64,000 nt of DNA, from positions 736,001-800,000 of the forward strand of contig CAWBGA010000017.1 in NCBI GenBank assembly GCA_963788195.1. The letters run 5' to 3'. The translations under genes were made by a program, and so were the position numbers. Below, piece after piece: positions 43,427 through 56,781 of the stretch (positions within the stretch are counted from its first letter, which is position 1; every line of letters begins with the position of its first letter). The stretch comes from Nitrospirota bacterium. GTDB lineage: Bacteria; Nitrospirota; Nitrospiria; Nitrospirales; NS-4. Below the pieces are notes generated by a model. The model searched no databases. It was not told the origin of the DNA and saw nothing but the letters and a program-made list of their open reading frames with translations.

Positions 43427-44386
43427 ATCTGCGCCTAACAAGGCCTCGGCAAAGCCGTCGGCATCAAAGGGTTGAAGATCTTCGACGGCTTCACCTACAC
43501 CGATGTAGCGCACAGGAATACCAAGATCCGAAACAGCGACAACAATCCCGCCTCTGGCGGTCCCATCGAGCTTGGTCAACACCACGCCCGTGACGCCCAG
43601 CGCTTCATGGAACTGACGGGCTTGCGCCAGCCCGTTCTGGCCAACGGTGGCGTCAAGGACCAACCAGACTTCATGGGGGGCGCCTGGCATGGCCTTATCG
43701 AGGGTGCGCTTGATCTTTTTGAGCTCCTCCATGAGATTCGTCTTGGTATGAAGGCGACCGGCGGTATCAACAAGGACAACATCAGCATTGCGAGCCCGCG
43801 CCGCCGTGACGCCATCGAAAGCAACCGCGGCGGGATCGGCCCCGGCTGAGGTTTGACGACCTCGACCTCCACGCGCCGACCCCATTGTTCCAGTTGCTCA
43901 CCGGCCGCGGCCCTGAAGGTATCGGCGGGGACCAGGAGAACACGTTTACCGCTCCGGACATAAAAGGCGGCGAGCTTTCCGATCGTCGTGGTTTTTCCGA
44001 CGCCATTGATTCCGACCATGAGGATCACAAGCGGCGAAGCAATCCTCCGCCGCTTCTGACCGCGCTGAGGCCGCTTTCCGAAGGTGATCCGGCGATGGCG
44101 GTCTTGAGGATTGTCCGGACCGAGCCCACATCCGCTTCTCCCGTTTGGCGAACACCCTCCCGAACCATTCCATTAACGAAGTAACTGACGTCATTCCCAG
44201 ATCTGCGGCGAGCAGGGCGGTCTCCAGTTCCTCGTACAGCTCCGGGGTGAGGCGCCGGTTGCCGGGAAGCAGGCGCCGGAGATTTCCGAGTAGTCCGTCT
44301 CGGGTCTTGGTCAAGCCTTCCCTGGTCTGCGTCAAGCCCTCGCTGGTTTTGCTAAGTTTTTGTCCTAGACGATGCCAAATTCCCAT
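43423..44386 (-). CDS. ftsY: SRP receptor FtsY; several indels
   Basis: [60 protein letters not shown]. Confidence 0.92.
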
Positions 44387-44391
44387 CCCGC

Positions 44392-44897
44392 TTATGTCGT
44401 CCCGATGAGAGAAGCGCCGGCGTTCCTGGCGGGCCATGCGAAAGCCTTCACGCGCGCCCAGTTCATGATCATACCCCATCAAGTGCAGGACCCCGTGCAC
44501 CACCAGTCGAACGACTTCCTCGTGGAGACTATGCCCATATAGCGTCGCCTGCCGCTTGGCGGTGGCATGGAGATGACGACATCGCCGAGCAAGCGTGGCG
44601 GCCGTGTCTGTGGCGCCGGGATGAATTTCCGAGGCAGCACGCCCGCTAAAGAGCCGCAGCCGTGAGCACCCGCCGCTCGGGCAGCTTCCGTTCCAGGGGA
44701 AAGGCTAAGACATCTGTAGAGCGGTCGATTTTTCTGATAGCGTGCATTCAGCGTGCGGATTCGTCGGTCCGACACCAACACGAAACTCAGCTCATCATGT
44801 TCGACATGCATGGCGGCAAGAATGGCTTCCGCGGTCCCGCGGATCCGCTTCATGTTGATGGCTCTAGAGGTTGAAGGTTTTGAAGCAGGACCGGCAG
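44392..44897 (-). CDS. ybeY: rRNA maturation endoribonuclease YbeY; indels
   Basis: IRTLNARY, TDVLAFP, LGDVVIS, VHGVLHLMGYDH across frames. Confidence 0.88.
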
Positions 44898-44898
44898 G

Positions 44899-45897
44899 TC
44901 AATCCGAACGGCGGGACGTGCCTGGGCGGGTGGGTTTCTCATGATGCCGTTGGTAGGCTTTAATGATCTCCTGCACCAGCCGATGGCGAACGACATCCTT
45001 CTCCGAGAAGTAGAGAAAGGCAATGCCGGGCATCTCAATGAGAATATCGCGCACCTCAATGAGGCCGGAGACTCGGTCGGAAGGCAGATCCACCTGCGTG
45101 ATATCTCCCGTCACGACAGCTTTCGAATTAAATCCCAGCCGGGTGAGAAACATCTTCATTTGCTCGGAGGTGGCGTTTTGCGCCTCATCCAGAATCACAA
45201 AGGCATCATTGAGCGTGCGTCCCCGCATGAAAGCCAAGGGGGCAATCTCAATGTCACCTCGCTCGATCAACCGATTCGCCCGCTCCAGATCCATCATGTC
45301 ATAGAGCGCGTCATACAAAGGGCGCAGGTAGGGATTGACCTTCGCAATCATATCGCCCGGAAGAAAGCCCAGTTTCTCCCCGGCTTCCACCGCCGGCCGC
45401 GCCAAAATAATGCGGTTCACCTCCCGTCGCGAGAGACTGGCGACGGCCATGGCCATCGCTAAATACGTTTTGCCCGTGCCGGCGGGCCCGATCCCAAGCA
45501 CCAGGTCATGCTTGCGGATGGCTTCGATGTACCGACGTTGCATGGGGGTCTTCGGCACAATGACCCGTTTACCGTTGCCGACCTCGATACCGCCCCGGAG
45601 GGATTCTTTCACGTAGGAAGGATCTTCACCGCCTTGCAAATTGCGAATAGCGTACTCGACATCGTCACGACGCAAAGTATGGCCTTCATACATGAGGGTT
45701 GTCAGACCGCCGAGCAGACGTTCCCCATTGCGACGGCATTCACGGGCCCGTTCAGAAGGACTTCTTCGCCGCGGGCCGAGACCCGGATCCCCAAGCGCTT
45801 CTTCAATCATTTTCAGATGAGCGTCGCGACTGCCGAAGAGCGAGGAGGTATCGATGCCTTCTTTGAGTTTGACTTTCAGAAGCGCCACGTTAGACAA
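44899..45897 (-). CDS. phoH: PhoH-family ATPase (YbeZ)
   Basis: [52 protein letters not shown]. Confidence 0.95.
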   Translation of the reverse strand: MSNVALLKVKLKEGIDTSSLFGSRDAHLKMIEEALGDPGLGPRRRSPSERARECRRNGERLLGGLTTLMYEGHTLRRDDVEYAIRNLQGGEDPSYVKESLRGGIEVGNGKRVIVPKTPMQRRYIEAIRKHDLVLGIGPAGTGKTYLAMAMAVASLSRREVNRIILARPAVEAGEKLGFLPGDMIAKVNPYLRPLYDALYDMMDLERANRLIERGDIEIAPLAFMRGRTLNDAFVILDEAQNATSEQMKMFLTRLGFNSKAVVTGDITQVDLPSDRVSGLIEVRDILIEMPGIAFLYFSEKDVVRHRLVQEIIKAYQRHHEKPTRPGTSRRSD

Positions 45898-45982
45898 GCG
45901 CGCAGGTCACCCCATAAGATCACACCGCGTCATATATACGGCAGCAAATTGTAACAGGCGATATTCAGACACACAAGAGCAG

Positions 45983-47014
45983 TTATTCTGGAGCGGGTAG
46001 AGTTGCGACCGGAGCTACAGCCGGGGTCGTAGGAGTTTGGCCTTCCAGCATAAAGTCCTGTTCTCCGAAAACGTTGTCCGGGTCCTTGGCAGAGATCACG
46101 ACGCGATGCTTCCCTTTGCTTTCCATCGTCAGCTTCCAGACCAGTTTCCCCGTCGCGGAATCAATCGACATCCCGGCGGGAGCTTGTTTTAATTCGTATC
46201 TGACCACGTCTTCGTCCGGATCCAAGGCGACCACCTGATAGCTGTATTGCCCGTCTTCGATCACGGTCGGCGGGAATGATGTAATCATCGGCGGGCCGTT
46301 CTCGATCGTCACGGGCGCGCTCCCTTTAGGTTCACCACTCACCTTTGCATCCGAGGGGGTGACCATCACCGCCAGGATATCTTTCTTTCGAAAGGCCTTG
46401 GTCTCCAAAGAATCGCTTATCGCGCCCGTCACTTCTTTGCCGTTGCGGAACCATTTAAAGGCAAGTTTGACCGGCTCACCGTCGGGATGGCGGGTTACGA
46501 CTCGCGCGGCGAGAACTTGCCCGCGGTGAACCGGCGTCGGCTCCAGCCGAATTTCCGTGATTTCTGGGGCGGTGCTTCCGACGATCACCGGTGGACTTTT
46601 AAAGACGCGGCCGTCGAGGCCTGCGACCGAAGGGATCACTTCGACTTCGACGCGATCGCGACTTCTGAGGTCATGGAGCGAGAACTGCGGATCGTTGGCC
46701 CCCGTGACCGGAAGGTCATTCACGAGCCACTGATATTTGTATGTGAGGGCGCGGCCAGCCGGGTCCTCGCCGTGTATATCAACCCGGAGTGTCGATAAGA
46801 GACTGACGTCCGAGGGATAGATACGAGCGGTGCGAACCATCGGCTCTTGATTAACCGGCACGACTTCGGCGGTAGGCGAGGAAATCTTTCCGCGCTGTGG
46901 AGGAGGAGCCTTGGACGTGGGTTCGGGAGAGCAACCCGAAAGGAGGAGCGACAAGACCAGGAGGGGCGCCAGCGTACGGGCGCCCCCCACGAATGTTGAA
47001 AACAATGGTTTCAT
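45983..47014 (-). CDS. Lipoprotein with tandem Ig/cadherin-like domains (pilus-locus associated)
   Basis: Lipobox LLSGC; repeats YQWLVND / FKWFRNG; YQVVALDPDED..RY.L..APAGMSID..TG.LVW. Confidence 0.8.
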   Translation of the reverse strand: MKPLFSTFVGGARTLAPLLVLSLLLSGCSPEPTSKAPPPQRGKISSPTAEVVPVNQEPMVRTARIYPSDVSLLSTLRVDIHGEDPAGRALTYKYQWLVNDLPVTGANDPQFSLHDLRSRDRVEVEVIPSVAGLDGRVFKSPPVIVGSTAPEITEIRLEPTPVHRGQVLAARVVTRHPDGEPVKLAFKWFRNGKEVTGAISDSLETKAFRKKDILAVMVTPSDAKVSGEPKGSAPVTIENGPPMITSFPPTVIEDGQYSYQVVALDPDEDVVRYELKQAPAGMSIDSATGKLVWKLTMESKGKHRVVISAKDPDNVFGEQDFMLEGQTPTTPAVAPVATLPAPE

Positions 47015-47022
47015 GTTTACAC

Positions 47023-50000
47023 CTATAGATCGCGCCATGTCAGCATTTCGCTAAAGGGGTTGCTTGCGGATCCTCCGCGCACGCAGGTCTGCCCCATCGC
47101 TCCGGTGCTCTTTTGCACGAAGACCGATGTTCGGCTCCTACATCCGGTGCCGTTCACAACCTGACCATCGCCTGAGCTGCCCTGGGCCCCGATATGAACC
47201 GAAACCGCCGAAGGCATACCGGAACCAGTACTGATAGACCGGTCGAGTATACCGACGCCATTGAGAGTACTGGCACCAAGGCCGGAGGTCTTATAGGCCG
47301 TGCCGGTTAAATAATACATCCCGTACAGTTTCCCGGTACCCGAAGCCTCGCAGATACCGTCGGTCGGAGTGTATGTGGTAAAGAACAACGTCCCGGCCAA
47401 AATCACCGGAGGATTGAGGTCCCTCTCACGCAGTTCCGGTAAGGTCGTGAACCAGCCGTCGTAAGTCCGTATCCCGGCCGGCGCCGCGTTAACTGAATCG
47501 GCGAGACCACCCACACCATCGAAGCCTCGAGTGTAGCTGGTCCCGCCGTCGAGGCTGACATTCTGGCTTGAACTCGGGCAACCGACGAGCGTGGTATCAC
47601 ACACGACAACATTTGAGACGTCAAAAAACCTTGTCAGCGGAGTGCTCTGGCTCTGGCCCGCGGCACAGCTCCCCGTCAGGATGCAATCCACGACCCCGAG
47701 GAAGTAATGGGGGTCGGCATTCGACTTGTCGTTATTGCCAAAATACCGTCCGCTGCCGAAGAACACCCAGATGTTATGTTGCTCGTCCGATGTCACCTGG
47801 GCCTGAGCTGTAATCGGGCCATCGTGCAGAGACTTCCAATGCACGGAGAGGTTCCTACGGATGTAAATGTGCTGACGAGGACTGTCGGGGCATTTGCGAC
47901 GCCCCAGGTATCAGGGTCCGGATTACCGTTACTCGTGGTGAGCCTGTACATCTTCCCCTTCCAAGTGGGGCCGGTGGCGAGGCAAGGGCTCACGTTATTA
48001 GGACTCAGGGTTGGGGTTGCGACCGCGCACTGAGACGACCCTACGTAGACAGCATCCACCCTGAAGTCCAGATCGATATCCGTGGTAAGGGCATCGCCCA
48101 TGAAACCCCCTAGCAGTCCCGTCGAGAACACCCTGTTGGACTTGTCGGCAATCGCTACATTGGCGGTGATGCAGGGAGCGAGACCGCATAGAATGCTCGT
48201 GTCATTGATCTTGGAATACTTGGGTCCCACGGCAAGGTCCACCACAAAAAATTTCCCTGTCTGTGCACTGCTTCCGTCATGATCCGTCGGCCCTGTGCCG
48301 AAGACCGCGTACCACTTGGCGTTGGTCGCATCAGTCCTGGCATTGCCGATTGCATTCACCCGCAGCACGGAGGGGGCCGCGGTGGTGAGGCCCAGATCCT
48401 TGTCTCTGAAGGTCCAGAGCAGCACAGGGTCTATTTCCGGATTGGTAATATCGAGCACGAAATACGAGGAGAGAAATGCGCGGGTGTCGCTGTTTTGACC
48501 GAGCGCGCCGTTGCCGGTACCCGTAGTGTTTCCGCTGTAATCAAAATCAGCCTTCGCGCTGCGTGGCTTTCCTTTCAGGCCGCAATTCGAACAGCTGCCG
48601 CCCATCCGGAAGCCACCGATCAAGATCGTTCCCCACCCGCCCGGATGATTCGTCACCTGGCCGGTGATACAACTTGCCGGTGAGTTCGCATCACCACAGA
48701 AGATCCTCACGTCGGTGACCTTCGGCTTGCTGTCCACGAAGTACACATGATCGTAATTCGGCGACGTCAGCCATCGGAGTTGAGGGAGCAGGTCCTGCGG
48801 GATGAATGCCCAGAGCTCGGCGCCAAGGGGTGGCGCCAACGCTCCGATCCTCGTTGTCGTGTACGTCAAAGCTCCGCCATCGCAAGGCAGTGATGAACAT
48901 GTCACCAATGCAGTTCCGCCGCCGTTCAGCTTCTTAGGTTCGGTGTTAAACAGAGCCTGCTCTGTCGACGCGGAGGCCGGATCGTCTCCCACATAGAAGT
49001 ATCCCGAGTTAAACGCATGAAGCATTCCATCATTGCCCCCGACGTAGGTCACCTGGCGACGGTCTTTATAGAGTTGAAAAAACTTGCTGTAATAATAGTC
49101 GCCATACACGATATCAAACCGTTCGCGCGGAGATCCCACCACCGTCGGAGCGGAGTTGATGATATCCCCAAGCTTCCAGACTAAGGACTGAGACACTCCG
49201 GCATCGTCGAGGACCGGCACCGTTCGATTACGCAGCCCGAGCACGTCCTCGCCGCGTATAAAGTTAATGATTTTTGTGGCTTCGAGCAGGGCGGCGGCCT
49301 TGTTGCCGGGATTGTTGACATTACAGTTCAAGACAAGTGCACCGCCCAGGTATGGACAGAGGTACCCGACGCGACCAGGGGCGAATTCGTTATATTCTTC
49401 GACAGAGGGACCGACGCCACCCCCGTTGTTGATATCCATCCAGGTCAGAATGCGGCGGCAATTGACTCCCCCGCTGTTCGCGGCGCATGTGGCACCGGGA
49501 GTCGTCAGCGCCAATCGGCGTCCCGCCTCCCATATGGGCTGGATTTCAGTCACGTCTAGGGCAACAACGGTAAGCGGATCTGTCGGCAGCGCCCCTGGAA
49601 TGAACTTGTCCACGACGACTTTGTTGACAGCAGTGTCATAACGGATCCGAATGATACAGTCATGCGCCAGAATCAGTTTGGCATCCGGCGGCCCCACAGG
49701 CAACCGCGGAATGGTCCTCCCGGAGGTTGCCGAAACGATCCAACCACAGACTCTGTAAGTACCCGAGCCATTTCACTTCACTGATGGCCGTCTTCAAGGT
49801 CGGAAAGAAATAGGCTTGGTACAGCGCGCCTTCACCCGTAGCCGTCGCTGCTAGCACGCCGACAGCCGATCCCGAGGCGACTTTCGCTTCGACGTCTGTG
49901 AACACCGCCAACAGTTGGGTTGACAATTGATCGTCATCCGTCCCTTCATAGTAATTATCGGGAATACAGTCTGCATTACACCCAACAACGGTCGAACCTG

Positions 50001-51847
50001 TGGTGCCGTCTGCATTGACCCTGTCCCATTCCGAGGTCTTATCAGGCCCGTTGGGGATGAGGTCTTGTTCGTCATAGCCGCCCATCTTGGCGGCCTGTTG
50101 CAAGATGGCGCTCCCACTTCCAAACGCAAGGAAGGTATAGATCTGACATTCTGCATGCCACAAAGAGGCGACCGAGTTCGATAATATTGGCGACATCGAC
50201 CCGTATGGTTGGCACCGCTTCGGTGTCGCCAGGCAGGCCGGATCCGTTGGAATTCGGGCCGGAGATCCGTCCTATGTCCCCAATAGGCCACATCGTCTAG
50301 TGCAGAGAGCGTGGCGGGATACAGCCGCTGCTAGATTGGCAATGGAAGCTGGAATGTTATTATCTCGGGTCGGCTCGCCATCGGTGAACAGAATGATAAA
50401 GGTCTTGCAACACTGGACGACGGCAGGAGGCAACAGCCATGGGCCCGGCGCTAGACAGCAGTCAACTTATTATTGGCGAAGAAGAAGGGATCGCGCCCAC
50501 AGGCACTGGTAAGATATCCCGCAGGGCAGCCCTCGGTGTCTAGCAAATATTTAAGCTCAATCGCCCTGACCCTTGGATTGAACCCTGCCCTATGGCCTGG
50601 TATGACACGCCTGGAGCAAATGCTAAGGGGTACATGTACTTAGCGGTGTCATATGGCTGTGGGACTTGAGCGATATATCGAATGGCGGTATACAACCATT
50701 CGGCCAGCGGCGTAAATGTCGACGGAGAAGCGGTTTCAACGCCGACCAACATGGCAGTGGTATTATCCGTCCAGGTCGTGACCGTCGTCGAATCAAAGGG
50801 CACAACCTGTCGTCCGCCTATCGGCACCAGCACCTTGCCGCCATCATTGAGGCTGCTGTTCTCCCTGAACACCATAAGGCCGAGACGCGCCTTCGCCCCG
50901 ACCTTCTGAATCACGCCCAAGGGACTGGCGCCATCGAGAGCGACATGAATGACGAATCGACTTTCAAGAAAGCCGTCGGCATCGGGTACCGGAGGACCCG
51001 GAGTTAGTGACACTCCTCCGATGTAGGGAGGAGGCGCAGGACCGTCGATGTCACATGACGCCGACCCCACAGGTGGGGCATTCATATCATTATCCACGCA
51101 GAATGAGCCGGCCAGAGCACCCGTCCCCCTCAGATGAAAATACAGCTTTCCGCCGCCTAGTCCCGCCATGACGTTTGAAGGCACGTGAGTCGCAGCCGCG
51201 GCCGCATCGACACCTCTATCAGGGCAGACTGCGACTGTAGGGCAACCATTGGAGAAGAACTGGGGGTCGCCAAAAGGATTGGTGACCGTGTCTGCCGGAT
51301 AGGACGTGGAGATATCGGGAAAGGTCGGCAGAGCCATGACGGACTCCCCCTTAAGGGTTACCAATCCCGGCGAGCCGCTGGCTGGACAGGTCCCGTCTGG
51401 TGCGCGACCGACAGCACAGTAGCCTCCGATCATCGCCTTCTTCACCGAATCCATGCGTCGATAGGTAATCCAGTTCAGGAAGTTCCCATCCCATAGTGAT
51501 GAGTTTCCACAACCCACATTAAACGCCTTCGATGATGCTGCGACAGAACGGAATCTCGTGTCTGAGGCATCGTACTGATAGCAGGCCTCTGGATCGAAGA
51601 GCCCTGAGTACGGCGTCGCCCGTCTGGGGTCCCAAGCCGGACAGACAGGGTCATTCGGACAATCAACCCGCAAGATCATGCTGCCGGAGTTATCCATCAA
51701 CAGAAGGATATTCGGAATGACCGTGGCGGAAATAAAAGGCGGCGCGCCGGCGTAATCAGCATTCGTGTTTTGGCTCCACAGGTCGGGGACTGGGAGGAAT
51801 AAAAATCCCACACCCATGAGGCAGGCAATTCGCAAAAGTACCTTCAT
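47023..51847 (-). CDS. pilY1: Type IV pilus tip adhesin PilY1/PilC; several indels
   Basis: Signal peptide; vWA MIDAS PNILLLMDNSGSM, TPLAE, ILFTDGEP; KLGDIINS.P, YVGGNDGMLHAF, ELWAFIP, Ca loop DIDLDFRVD, VFFGSGRY. Confidence 0.88.
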
Positions 51848-51878
51848 GCTGTACTCCTTATAATTTCGGCGCCGTTTA

Positions 51879-52265
51879 TTATCTCTGTGCAAGAATAATT
51901 ATTCGCACGATTTCGCCTTTCCTGGCGCCTGTCCCCAATAAATACTGCACGTTCACGTGCTGCCCATTCATCTTTTCAAGCAATTTCGCCGTCAGCAAAC
52001 TTCCTCTATTTGTCTGAATCAGGGCCTGGTCGGCGAGCGGATATTTCACGCCGTCTATCCGAACAATGCCTCCGCCTGACTGTTGAAGCACACCGCTACG
52101 AGCTCCCGGCAGCACCGGGCCAAGCGCCTCTGCCGCGTGCGCTTCGACGGCGCCCGCACAGATCAATAATCCGAGGATCAAGGCGCGGCCAATGCCGGCG
52201 GATGCAAACCGCTGTAGCCGCAAGATCCTTGTTGTGCGCTTGTCCATGTTTGTCTTTCCCTTCAT
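51879..52265 (-). CDS. Small exported protein (PilY2-like position)
   Basis: Signal peptide ending AHA; lies between pilX and pilY1. Confidence 0.6.
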   Translation of the reverse strand: MKGKTNMDKRTTRILRLQRFASAGIGRALILGLLICAGAVEAHAAEALGPVLPGARSGVLQQSGGGIVRIDGVKYPLADQALIQTNRGSLLTAKLLEKMNGQHVNVQYLLGTGARKGEIVRIIILAQR

Positions 52266-52266
52266 G

Positions 52267-52899
52267 CTAGATCTTGCGTTGGCAACTCTCTCCGGTCGCC
52301 ACGCACGCGTACACCCCGGTGACTTGACCGAAAGTGTTCAAGCCTCCAAAGGAGTAGCAGCTGATTCGATAGAGGACTTCCACGCCTCCTCCTGCGGCCC
52401 CTGCGCCGGTGCCTTCATACCCTGCGGCGAAAGCCAACGAACTGCCCGGCTTGGGCCTGGCGAAAAGCCGGTCAATATCAATGTTGACGGTAAAACCGCC
52501 GACAACAATTTGTGCGTTCGGCGCGATCGATGCAGCCGGCACAGCCTGCCAGTCGGCAGTGTCCGCATTCTGTTCGAACCCCGGCACCCCCATGATTTCC
52601 GATTCAAGCGGGGCCTGCCAGATCACAGGAGTCGGCAATCCCAGAATGCTCGCCGGAATGGCTGAGTTGGCAAGGGTCTGCTGGATGATCTGAACGGAGG
52701 TACTCAAACACGCCTCGGCGGTATTGATGCTGCCTTCTCGCAGCCTCTCGCCGCCCGCCAATTTGAGGTCCATCGTCGTCGTGGTGATTGCCGCGATACC
52801 GATCACGGTCAGGATCACCGTCAACATGAGTATTGTGAGCATGGCGATTCCGTCTTCCTGTCGCAAAATCGCCTGCTTTTTTAACATCAGCCTTCTCAT
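52267..52899 (-). CDS. pilX: PilX-like minor pilin
   Basis: EDG|IAMLTILMLTVILTVIGIAAI prepilin site lacking Glu5; AEA motif. Confidence 0.85.
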   Translation of the reverse strand: MRRLMLKKQAILRQEDGIAMLTILMLTVILTVIGIAAITTTTMDLKLAGGERLREGSINTAEACLSTSVQIIQQTLANSAIPASILGLPTPVIWQAPLESEIMGVPGFEQNADTADWQAVPAASIAPNAQIVVGGFTVNIDIDRLFARPKPGSSLAFAAGYEGTGAGAAGGGVEVLYRISCYSFGGLNTFGQVTGVYACVATGESCQRKI

Positions 52900-52922
52900 A
52901 ATTCAGCCTTTCCTCATTTGCG

Positions 52923-53990
52923 CTACAAGTTGCTCCCATTCCGTAGCGTCACCATTCGCATCAGGGCTCTGCGTCGAATTCCGCCCTGCACGCCGCAAGT
53001 AACGGGTTCTGCCAGTAACTGGTCCTCCACTTGAAGTAGAGCCGGTCCCGTGAAGGTGGCGTCTCTCCAACAGTTGCCTAAAACGTTCGCATTCGCAGGA
53101 GGGGTCGCCCGCCCGACGACCGTGAGCCTTATCTGGCGGATGGCCGAGGGCGTCGCATTGGCGGCTGCGTATTCAGCGGTCCCCAGCGCCATGCTTTGGG
53201 ATCCCGCGCCCACCTGCAACGGGCAGGTGGTACTCGCCCAACTATCATTTGGAACAAAGTCTTTGCAGTCCGGGATCAAGGCGATACCGACTGCCCCTCC
53301 CGGCTGATCGTCGATGATCCCGTCATTGTTCGTATCCAGCGCGTATGCAATTTGTAGGGATTCAATGCCATCTACCACTGCCACTCCTGCTGCGCCATTG
53401 ATAGCGCGGAGCAGTTGATAGGGTGGCGTCGCAAGGGCTCCTGAGACCGTATAGGTGATACACTTGATCTCGACGACTGCTGTCCCTGCCGTTGCGCCAC
53501 CCGCATAATTTGTCGGCGCGACGACAGCCCGACTGAGCGTCACAGGGCCCACACCGTTGACGGTTGCGGTGAATGTCCCTTCCAGCGAGATGACATCATT
53601 GACGGCGGGACCGGGGGCGCTGACGTTAATGATATTCCCCGCCGTAAATGGTGCTGTAAGGATCCCAACCTGTTGAAAGACCGTCATCACTGCGATCCTG
53701 TCCGGTCCCAAATCTTCAGCCGGCGCATTGTCACCGGTGTTGATCGTGTTCGCGCATCCGAGGAATGACCCTGCAGCCGGATTGCCGAAACTGGACATTC
53801 GGACATCACGGGCGATCAGATCCATCGCCAGCCGGACATTTTGTTGGATCTGTACCGTCTGGTCATTGCTCATGGCTGATCGTTGTCCGGTGTTCAGGAC
53901 CGCAAACCCTGCCACAGAAATAATGGCAAAGGCAGCAAGGGCAACCATCAGCTCGATTAATGTAAAGCCTCGTTCACTTCTGTCTTGCAT
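52923..53990 (-). CDS. pilW: PilW-like minor pilin
   Basis: ERG|FTLIELMVAL, QQNVRLAMDLIARDVRM, DGIESLQIAYALD; GGAGG RBS. Confidence 0.88.
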   Translation of the reverse strand: MQDRSERGFTLIELMVALAAFAIISVAGFAVLNTGQRSAMSNDQTVQIQQNVRLAMDLIARDVRMSSFGNPAAGSFLGCANTINTGDNAPAEDLGPDRIAVMTVFQQVGILTAPFTAGNIINVSAPGPAVNDVISLEGTFTATVNGVGPVTLSRAVVAPTNYAGGATAGTAVVEIKCITYTVSGALATPPYQLLRAINGAAGVAVVDGIESLQIAYALDTNNDGIIDDQPGGAVGIALIPDCKDFVPNDSWASTTCPLQVGAGSQSMALGTAEYAAANATPSAIRQIRLTVVGRATPPANANVLGNCWRDATFTGPALLQVEDQLLAEPVTCGVQGGIRRRALMRMVTLRNGSNL

Positions 53991-54004
53991 CACATCCTCC
54001 ATGT

Positions 54005-55154
<1,150 letters not shown>

Positions 55155-55175
55155 AAGTTATGCGGCCGTCAAAGA

Positions 55176-55759
55176 TCATAGCGGCGCGACTATCGTGCTC
55201 AATGTGAGCGCCGGCCGTACGAAATCCTGAGTCCCACTGTACGGTGACATCGATTTGCACCTGACCTAAGGCCGGCACGCCGACAAGGGCTGAGGAAACA
55301 CTTCCTACACCGTTCGGAAGCAACGGCTGGCCGTTGGCATCAGTCACTGCGAAACGATCTGACCATTGTCGATAATCTCCCCAGGCCGGGCGCATTGGGT
55401 GGAGGCGCTCCCGCGGTATTTCCAGCATTTGCCGGGAAGGCTTGGCCCGCGCAATTGGCCGGATACACCGCCGCACATGCCACAATCCCGTGATACAGAT
55501 AGGGAGAAGTGGGGACTGGCGGCGTCAGCAACGGGTTTATATTTGCCGGCGAATTCAGCCGAATACGGTCGAGCATCTCTGTGGCGAGATTTGTCGCAAT
55601 GGTAATCCGCTTTGCATCGACATTTCGCGACAGGGCCACATCTTCCATAGCGATAATCCCGAGCAGGCCGATGGTCATGTAGACCATCGCGATGAGCACT
55701 TCGATCATCGTGAAGCCGTCTTGGCTGCGAACGCGTTCTAACCTATTCACGGGTTTCAT
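55176..55759 (-). CDS. pilV: PilV-like minor pilin; indels
   Basis: QDG|FTMIEVLIAMVY...ATNLATEMLDRIR; ...VQIDVTVQW. Confidence 0.8.
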
Positions 55760-55767
55760 CCTCGTCA

Positions 55768-56314
55768 CTATTGAGTACACGTAGGGATATAGCACCAGAT
55801 GATCTTGCCGGTTTGCAGGACCACGATCCGAAAGTTGTCCGTGCCGGCGTTGCGAAAATTCAGCACTTGCGGATTCGACGGACACGCGCCGGGAATGCAT
55901 ATATTATTGCATTGATTTGCCGTGTTCACCCATGTGCCCATGTTGTTGAATCTCATGTCCTGGGGTGATACCGCGGCGCCTCCTACGGCATCTGTCAACC
56001 GGATTATTGGATCCATAGTAATTGTCGGGAGCATGTCGATGGGGGCTCCGAGTGGAGTGTGAAATGTCACAGTCACCGGCGCCGGGAGAACTTGCGAGAC
56101 ATTGACCACTACCGGAGTGTTCTGGTTGATGGCGGTCATCCGAGCAAAGGCAAGAGTGCCCGCCAAGTTCGCCACGTCGGACTTGAGCTTGTGCTTCTGA
56201 TTCCAGATAATGAAGTTGGGTACGGCGACGGCGACGAGAACTCCAATGATGGCCATGACCACCATCATTTCTAGGAGACTGTAGCCTTTTATGGTGTTTG
56301 ACGGTCCGTAACAT
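55768..56314 (-). CDS. FimU/FimT (GspH-like) minor pilin; 5' indel
   Basis: Corrected KG|YSLLEMMVVMAIIGVLVAVAVPNF; LAFARMTAI; FNNMG. Confidence 0.85.
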
Positions 56315-56781
56315 GTGCTTTTGCTCTGTTTTCAAGCTTATCTCCTGGGCGCGAAGTGCGCCCCTCCGCGGCAAAGGAATAGCAAGACCCGTGCTATAGG
56401 CATCCCAACAGTCAACCGACCAGGAAAAGCCTCTAGATAACAGCCACTTTGATGGAATAATAACCTAGTTAATTACATATACGGCCTATTAGTGAGGTTT
56501 GGATCTCTGTAATATCCTTCTCACATTAGGAAGCTCTCGACCGAACAACCATGCCAATTCCGCTCTTCAAAGGAACAGGACGGCAGATTCCTGCCAGCGA
56601 CGGCGTTCCACGTTAAATTTCGACCAAGCTGCCAGTTGCATTCATGCCTCCCGATCTCTCAGCAGCGAAGCTTGGGCACGGCATTTCGTGAAATAAGGTT
56701 GAATTACTAATTATTATCTTGTACCGTGAAAAGGGTCCGTTGTCCGAGGATCGCCATGCTTGTAGGGTTTTCCGCCAGGGC

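Noticed and set aside
43423..44897. ftsY and ybeY as pseudogenes or programmed frameshifts
   Set aside because: Core genes with intact motifs; the indels match the window-wide error pattern.
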